DNA of 64,000 nucleotides from Escherichia coli (GTDB lineage Bacteria; Pseudomonadota; Gammaproteobacteria; Enterobacterales; Enterobacteriaceae): NCBI RefSeq assembly GCF_036507355.1, contig NZ_AP027877.1; one strand, 5' to 3'. Shown piece by piece: positions 58,119 to 64,000 of this stretch (position 1 is its first letter; each line of letters starts with the position of its first letter). The notes under the pieces were generated by a model. It saw only the letters and a program-made list of their open reading frames with translations, ran no database searches and was not told where the DNA came from. The position numbers and the translations under genes were made by a program.

Positions 58119-59348
58119 ATGAAAACAACAGCTCTGCGTCTTTATGGTAAACGTGATTTACGCCTGGAAACCTTTGACCTTCCTGAAATGCAGGAGGATG
58201 AAATCCTCGCGACGGTGGTCACTGACAGCCTGTGTCTCTCTTCCTGGAAAGAGGCCAACCTGGGTGAAAACCATAAAAAAGTACCCGACGATGTGGCGAC
58301 CAACCCAATCATCATCGGCCACGAGTTTTGCGGCGATATTCTGGCCGTGGGTAAAAAGTGGCAGCACAAATTCCAGCCGGGTCAGCGTTATGTGATTCAG
58401 GCCAACCTGCAACTCCCCGACCGCCCGGACTGCCCCGGCTACTCCTTCCCGTGGGTAGGCGGCGAAGCCACGCATGTGGTTATTCCCAACGAGGTCATGG
58501 AACAAGATTGCCTGCTGGCATACGACGGCGAAACCTATTTTGAAGGCTCGCTGGTTGAACCGCTTTCCTGCGTGATTGGCGCGTTCAACGCCAACTATCA
58601 TCTTCAGAAAGGTAGTTATAACCACACGATGGGGATTCGCCCGCAAGGGCGCATGCTGATCCTCGGCGGCACCGGACCAATGGGGCTGTTGGCGATTGAT
58701 TATGCGCTGCATGGACCCGTTAACCCGTCGCTGCTCGTCATTACCGATACCGACAACGATAAATTGAGTTATGCGCGCAAGCACTATCCATCAGAATCGC
58801 AAACACTGATTCATTATCTCAATGCCACCGATGCAGCATTTGATACGCTAATGGCGCTGAGTGGCGGTCACGGCTTCGATGATATTTTCGTCTTTGTGCC
58901 TAATGAAGGACTGGTGACTCTCGCCTCTTCCTTGCTGGCGACAGATGGTTGCCTGAATTTCTTCGCCGGACCGCAGGATAAACATTTCAGCGCGCCAATT
59001 AATTTCTACGATGTGCATTATGCATTTACCCACTACGTGGGCACGTCAGGCGGCAATACCGACGACATGCGCGCAGCGGTCAAATTGATTGAAGAGAAAA
59101 AAGTGCAGGCCGCAAAAGTGGTAACACATATTCTTGGGCTGAATGCCGCGGGCGAAACCACGCTTGAATTGCCTGCCGTCGGCGGCGGCAAAAAGCTGGT
59201 GTATACCGGGAAATACCTGCCGCTGACGTCACTCACGCAGATTCAGGATCAAGCACTGGCGGCGATTCTGACGCGTCATCAGGGGATCTGGTCCGGTGAG
59301 GCGGAGCAATATCTGCTCACTCATGCAGAGGCAATTTCCCATGATTAA
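58119..59348 (+). CDS. sorE: zinc-dependent MDR-family dehydrogenase, L-sorbose-1-phosphate reductase-type
   Basis: ATG at 58119 with SD GAGGTGG gives 409 aa; last gene of the operon. Confidence 0.72.
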   Translation: MKTTALRLYGKRDLRLETFDLPEMQEDEILATVVTDSLCLSSWKEANLGENHKKVPDDVATNPIIIGHEFCGDILAVGKKWQHKFQPGQRYVIQANLQLPDRPDCPGYSFPWVGGEATHVVIPNEVMEQDCLLAYDGETYFEGSLVEPLSCVIGAFNANYHLQKGSYNHTMGIRPQGRMLILGGTGPMGLLAIDYALHGPVNPSLLVITDTDNDKLSYARKHYPSESQTLIHYLNATDAAFDTLMALSGGHGFDDIFVFVPNEGLVTLASSLLATDGCLNFFAGPQDKHFSAPINFYDVHYAFTHYVGTSGGNTDDMRAAVKLIEEKKVQAAKVVTHILGLNAAGETTLELPAVGGGKKLVYTGKYLPLTSLTQIQDQALAAILTRHQGIWSGEAEQYLLTHAEAISHD

Positions 59349-59479
59349 TCGCACTACTCAACTCTGCATGTCGCTGGCAGGTCGCCGCGGCAACTTCGCG
59401 ACCTGATGTGCGGCTGATTGCTGAAGCGGCCCAATGTGCACGAGAAGGATAAAAAAACATCAGCGCCTTAAGGGGCGCT

Positions 59480-59660
59480 CAAATTGGTGGCAAAGTACAC
59501 ATTGTTTATGCCGGATGCGGAATAAAGCCTTATTCGGCCTACATAATCTCGAAAATTCAATATATTGCAGTTATCTGGTAGGCCTGGTAAGCGTAGCGCA
59601 TCAGGCAATGCTGTGTTTGTCATCAGTCTCAGCGCCCGGTGCAATACGTGACATCGTGAG
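59480..59660. repeat. REP / BIME cluster between sorE and pepE
   Basis: TGCCGGATGCGGAATAAAGCCTTATTCGGCCTACA and GTAGGCCTGGTAAGCGTAGCGCATCAGGCAATG units. Confidence 0.65.
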
Positions 59661-59730
59661 CCATGTCAGTAAGTGGTTAAATTCGCAGTGGTAGCATGCC
59701 TTCCGTGATTTCTTACTAACCGGAGAAGTA

Positions 59731-60420
59731 ATGGAACTGCTTTTATTGAGTAACTCGACGCTGCCGGGTAAAGCCTGGCTGGAACATGCACTGCCGCTGA
59801 TTGCTGAACAGTTGCAGGGTCGCCGCTCAGCGGTGTTTATCCCTTTCGCTGGCGTAACGCAGACCTGGGATGATTACACAGCGAAAACGGCTGCGGTTCT
59901 TGCTCCGCTGGGTGTTTCTGTCACCGGTATTCATAACGTTGTCGATCCCGTTGCCGCGATTGAAAATGCGGAAATTGTGATTGTCGGCGGCGGGAATACT
60001 TTCCAGTTGCTGAAACAGTGCCGCGAGCGCGGGCTGCTGGCTCCAATTACTGACGTGGTTAAACGTGGTGCGCTGTATATTGGCTGGAGCGCAGGCGCTA
60101 ACCTTGCTTGCCCAACCATTCGTACCACCAACGATATGCCGATTGTCGACCCGCAAGGTTTCGATGCGCTGAATCTGTTCCCGTTGCAAATCAACCCGCA
60201 CTTCACCAACGCGTTGCCGGAAGGCCATAAAGGTGAAACCCGTGAACAGCGTATTCGCGAACTGCTGGTCGTCGCGCCAGAACTGACGATTATTGGTCTG
60301 CCGGAAGGTAACTGGATCACAGTGAGTAAAGGTCACGCTACGCTGGGTGGCCCGAACACCACTTATGTGTTTAAGGCTGGTGAAGAAGCGGTTCCGCTAG
60401 AAGCTGGTCACCGTTTTTAA
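59731..60420 (+). CDS. pepE: alpha-aspartyl dipeptidase (peptidase E)
   Basis: 229 aa; [28 protein letters not shown]...; S51 catalytic Ser in GWSAG. Confidence 0.95.
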   Translation: MELLLLSNSTLPGKAWLEHALPLIAEQLQGRRSAVFIPFAGVTQTWDDYTAKTAAVLAPLGVSVTGIHNVVDPVAAIENAEIVIVGGGNTFQLLKQCRERGLLAPITDVVKRGALYIGWSAGANLACPTIRTTNDMPIVDPQGFDALNLFPLQINPHFTNALPEGHKGETREQRIRELLVVAPELTIIGLPEGNWITVSKGHATLGGPNTTYVFKAGEEAVPLEAGHRF

Positions 60421-60427
60421 GTGAATT

Positions 60428-60500
60428 GCCGGATGCATGATCCGGCATCTTGTTCATAGTGCCTGATGCGACGCTTGACGCGTCTTATCAGGCCTACAGG
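60428..60500. terminator. pepE 3' hairpin followed by a REP element
   Basis: GCCGGAT-GCATG-ATCCGGC hairpin, then REP GCCTGATGCGACGC...GCGTCTTATCAGGCCTACA. Confidence 0.5.
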
Positions 60501-60510
60501 ATTCACAATA

Positions 60511-62142
60511 TTAATACTCGTCCCGTCCTTCATCTTCATCCGGCTGTTCCAGCACACTGTAAGCCACCGAACAAAACAGCGAGTTCAGGCGCTGCATATC
60601 TCCCAGTAAGCCTAAATGTAGCGAACTGGTTTCAATGCTCTGCACGTTTTGCTGATGCAGGCGATCGACGTGGGCGTGGGAATAGCGGCGATTAAGAATG
60701 CGAAAACGATGTTTGCTGCGGCGCAAACGACGGGCGCTGGTAACATCCCCAGAGAAGAAAACCGACATTGCCAGTTTTAAATTACTGAGCAATTGCTCAT
60801 AGAGCGCATCCAGTTCCTTCAACCCATCAAGCGAAAATGCCCGCCGTGCTGCCAGCGATTTATCAGCAATTTCGCTGCCCATGCGCTCGACGATATCGGA
60901 GGCCTGTTCAAGGTTGAGCGACATTTCGATGATCTCCGCCCAGCGGCGCGACTCTTCCTCCGCCAGCTCTTCTTTTGGCATCCGCGCCAGATACAGCTTA
61001 ATGGCGGTATAGAGAACGTTGATATCATCTGCCAGCTTACGCAGCTCTTTCTCCTGCCGTGGCTCGCCGTGCATCACTTTATTCAGCCCTTCCATCATCT
61101 GTTCCATGGCGTCGCCAATGCGCAGGGTTTCGCGCGCGGCGTTCGCCAGAGCAAGCGTGGGCGTATCCAGCGCGCTGACATCCAGATGTTTAGGCCGTAG
61201 CTGGGTATCCAGTTCCGGTTCATCGCGAATAATCGTTTTGCAAAACCGTGCCATCGGGTCAACAAATGGCAGCATGACCAGGCAACGTATAAGGTTGTAG
61301 AAGACGTGGAAATAGATCACCAGTTCCGCTTTTGGCAATGACAACCTCCCCATTGTCTCTGCCAGCAAATGGACAAACGGCAGGATAATCAGGCTACCCA
61401 CCAGCTTAAACAGCAAACTACCCAGCGCGACACGGCGGGCTGCGGCATTGGCGGCACTGTTGTTGAGCATCGCCAGCAGGCCGGAACCGAGGTTAGCACC
61501 AATCACCAGACAGAGCGCCACGGGGAAGGAGATAATGCCTGCGGCGGTCAGAGTCGCAGTCAGCAGTACAGCAGCAAGGCTGGAGTAGCTGATAATGGCG
61601 AACATCGCGCCAATCAGCGCATCCAGCAGAATATCGCCGGTCAGCGAGGCAAAGATCACCTGAACGCCGTTTGCCTGGGTGATCGGCGTTACGGCCTGCA
61701 CAATCAACTCCAGCGCCAGCAAAATCAGCCCAAGACCAATACCGACGCGGCCCAGTTGCCCGGCGCGTGACTGTTTGCGTCCGAGGAAAAAAATCACGCC
61801 GATAAAAATAAGTAACGGTGACAGCCAGGATAAGTCGAAGGTGAGAATACGCGCCATTAGCGCCGTCCCGACATCAGCACCCAGCACAATCACCAGAGCC
61901 GGTGCGAGGGCTACCAGATCCTGAGCGACGAACGAGGTCACCAGCATGGTGGTGGCATTACTGCTCTGCACCAGTGCGGTAACGCCGATCCCCGCGCAAA
62001 AGGCGAGCGGCTTCTTTTCGACGCTCCGGCTAAGGACAGTACGCAAACGCGCGCCGAAGACGCGCATTACGCCGGTTCGAACAATATGAGTCCCCCAGAC
62101 CAGCAGGGCGACGGCAGAAAGCAGGTGAAGCAGCGTTAACAC
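60511..62142 (-). CDS. yjbB: Na+/phosphate symporter-family membrane protein YjbB (PhoU-like domains)
   Basis: 543 aa with GTG start; N-terminal polytopic NaPi domain, C-terminal soluble domain. Confidence 0.88.
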   Translation of the reverse strand: MLTLLHLLSAVALLVWGTHIVRTGVMRVFGARLRTVLSRSVEKKPLAFCAGIGVTALVQSSNATTMLVTSFVAQDLVALAPALVIVLGADVGTALMARILTFDLSWLSPLLIFIGVIFFLGRKQSRAGQLGRVGIGLGLILLALELIVQAVTPITQANGVQVIFASLTGDILLDALIGAMFAIISYSSLAAVLLTATLTAAGIISFPVALCLVIGANLGSGLLAMLNNSAANAAARRVALGSLLFKLVGSLIILPFVHLLAETMGRLSLPKAELVIYFHVFYNLIRCLVMLPFVDPMARFCKTIIRDEPELDTQLRPKHLDVSALDTPTLALANAARETLRIGDAMEQMMEGLNKVMHGEPRQEKELRKLADDINVLYTAIKLYLARMPKEELAEEESRRWAEIIEMSLNLEQASDIVERMGSEIADKSLAARRAFSLDGLKELDALYEQLLSNLKLAMSVFFSGDVTSARRLRRSKHRFRILNRRYSHAHVDRLHQQNVQSIETSSLHLGLLGDMQRLNSLFCSVAYSVLEQPDEDEGRDEY

Positions 62143-62361
62143 GAGTTCAGGTTCTCCTTATCGTTATATGTTCCTGAAGCAATTGAATGACCAAAGGACC
62201 GGAAACACGCTGACTGGCATCTTTACTGTGCCTTTTGACATTCGTTTTTCCGGCTAAGATTATTCCAGCCTGTTTCCAGTATAAGTGTTTCATATTAATA
62301 AAGAGACAGGGCACTCATTGAGCGCCCTGTTTGTTGTAAGGAAAAGTGACAGATTTGTGAA

Positions 62362-64000
<1,639 letters not shown>

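Noticed and set aside
58158-58784. 208-aa ORF antisense to sorE, and the 59827-60336 ORF antisense to pepE
   Set aside because: Antisense artefacts inside well-supported genes.

Overview
This window looks like an Escherichia coli-type chromosomal segment matching the K-12 soxRS-ssb-uvrA-dnaB-alr-tyrB / lexA-dinF-plsB-ubiCA / malK-lamB-malM-malEFG / xylE-psiE-yjbEFGH-pgi-lysC / rluF-pepE-yjbB-metH neighbourhood, in the opposite orientation to MG1655 numbering. Gene identities come from reading the supplied ORF translations and recalling well-known proteins; no database search was possible, and the K-12 comparison is from memory. Coordinates for CDSs follow the ORF track, with starts trimmed to the most plausible ATG/GTG where the track ORF runs long; coordinates for hairpins, boxes and repeats are approximate (a few bp). 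About 60 protein genes are recognised. The conserved backbone carries several accessory elements that I do not recall in the K-12 layout: (1) a ~3.5 kb islet between lysC and yjbD with an EzeT-like zeta-toxin kinase and a convergent two-gene operon (SPFH/band-7 protein plus Pol-beta-type nucleotidyltransferase), my top candidate for an undescribed defence or toxin-like module; (2) a translationally coupled pnuC-like/nadR-like pair wedged between alr and tyrB; (3) an AT-rich ORF of about 167 aa with an 18-bp tandem repeat between aphA and tyrB; (4) a complete 768-bp IS1 with an 8-bp target duplication splitting the pentapeptide-repeat gene yjbI in frame; (5) the L-sorbose PTS operon sorCDFBAME between rluF and pepE. 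Regulatory and repeat features seen include LexA boxes, the SoxR operator, a MalT-box region, the lysC lysine riboswitch, a sigma54-type pspG promoter, REP/BIME clusters and several rho-independent terminators. No rRNA, tRNA or CRISPR array was found.
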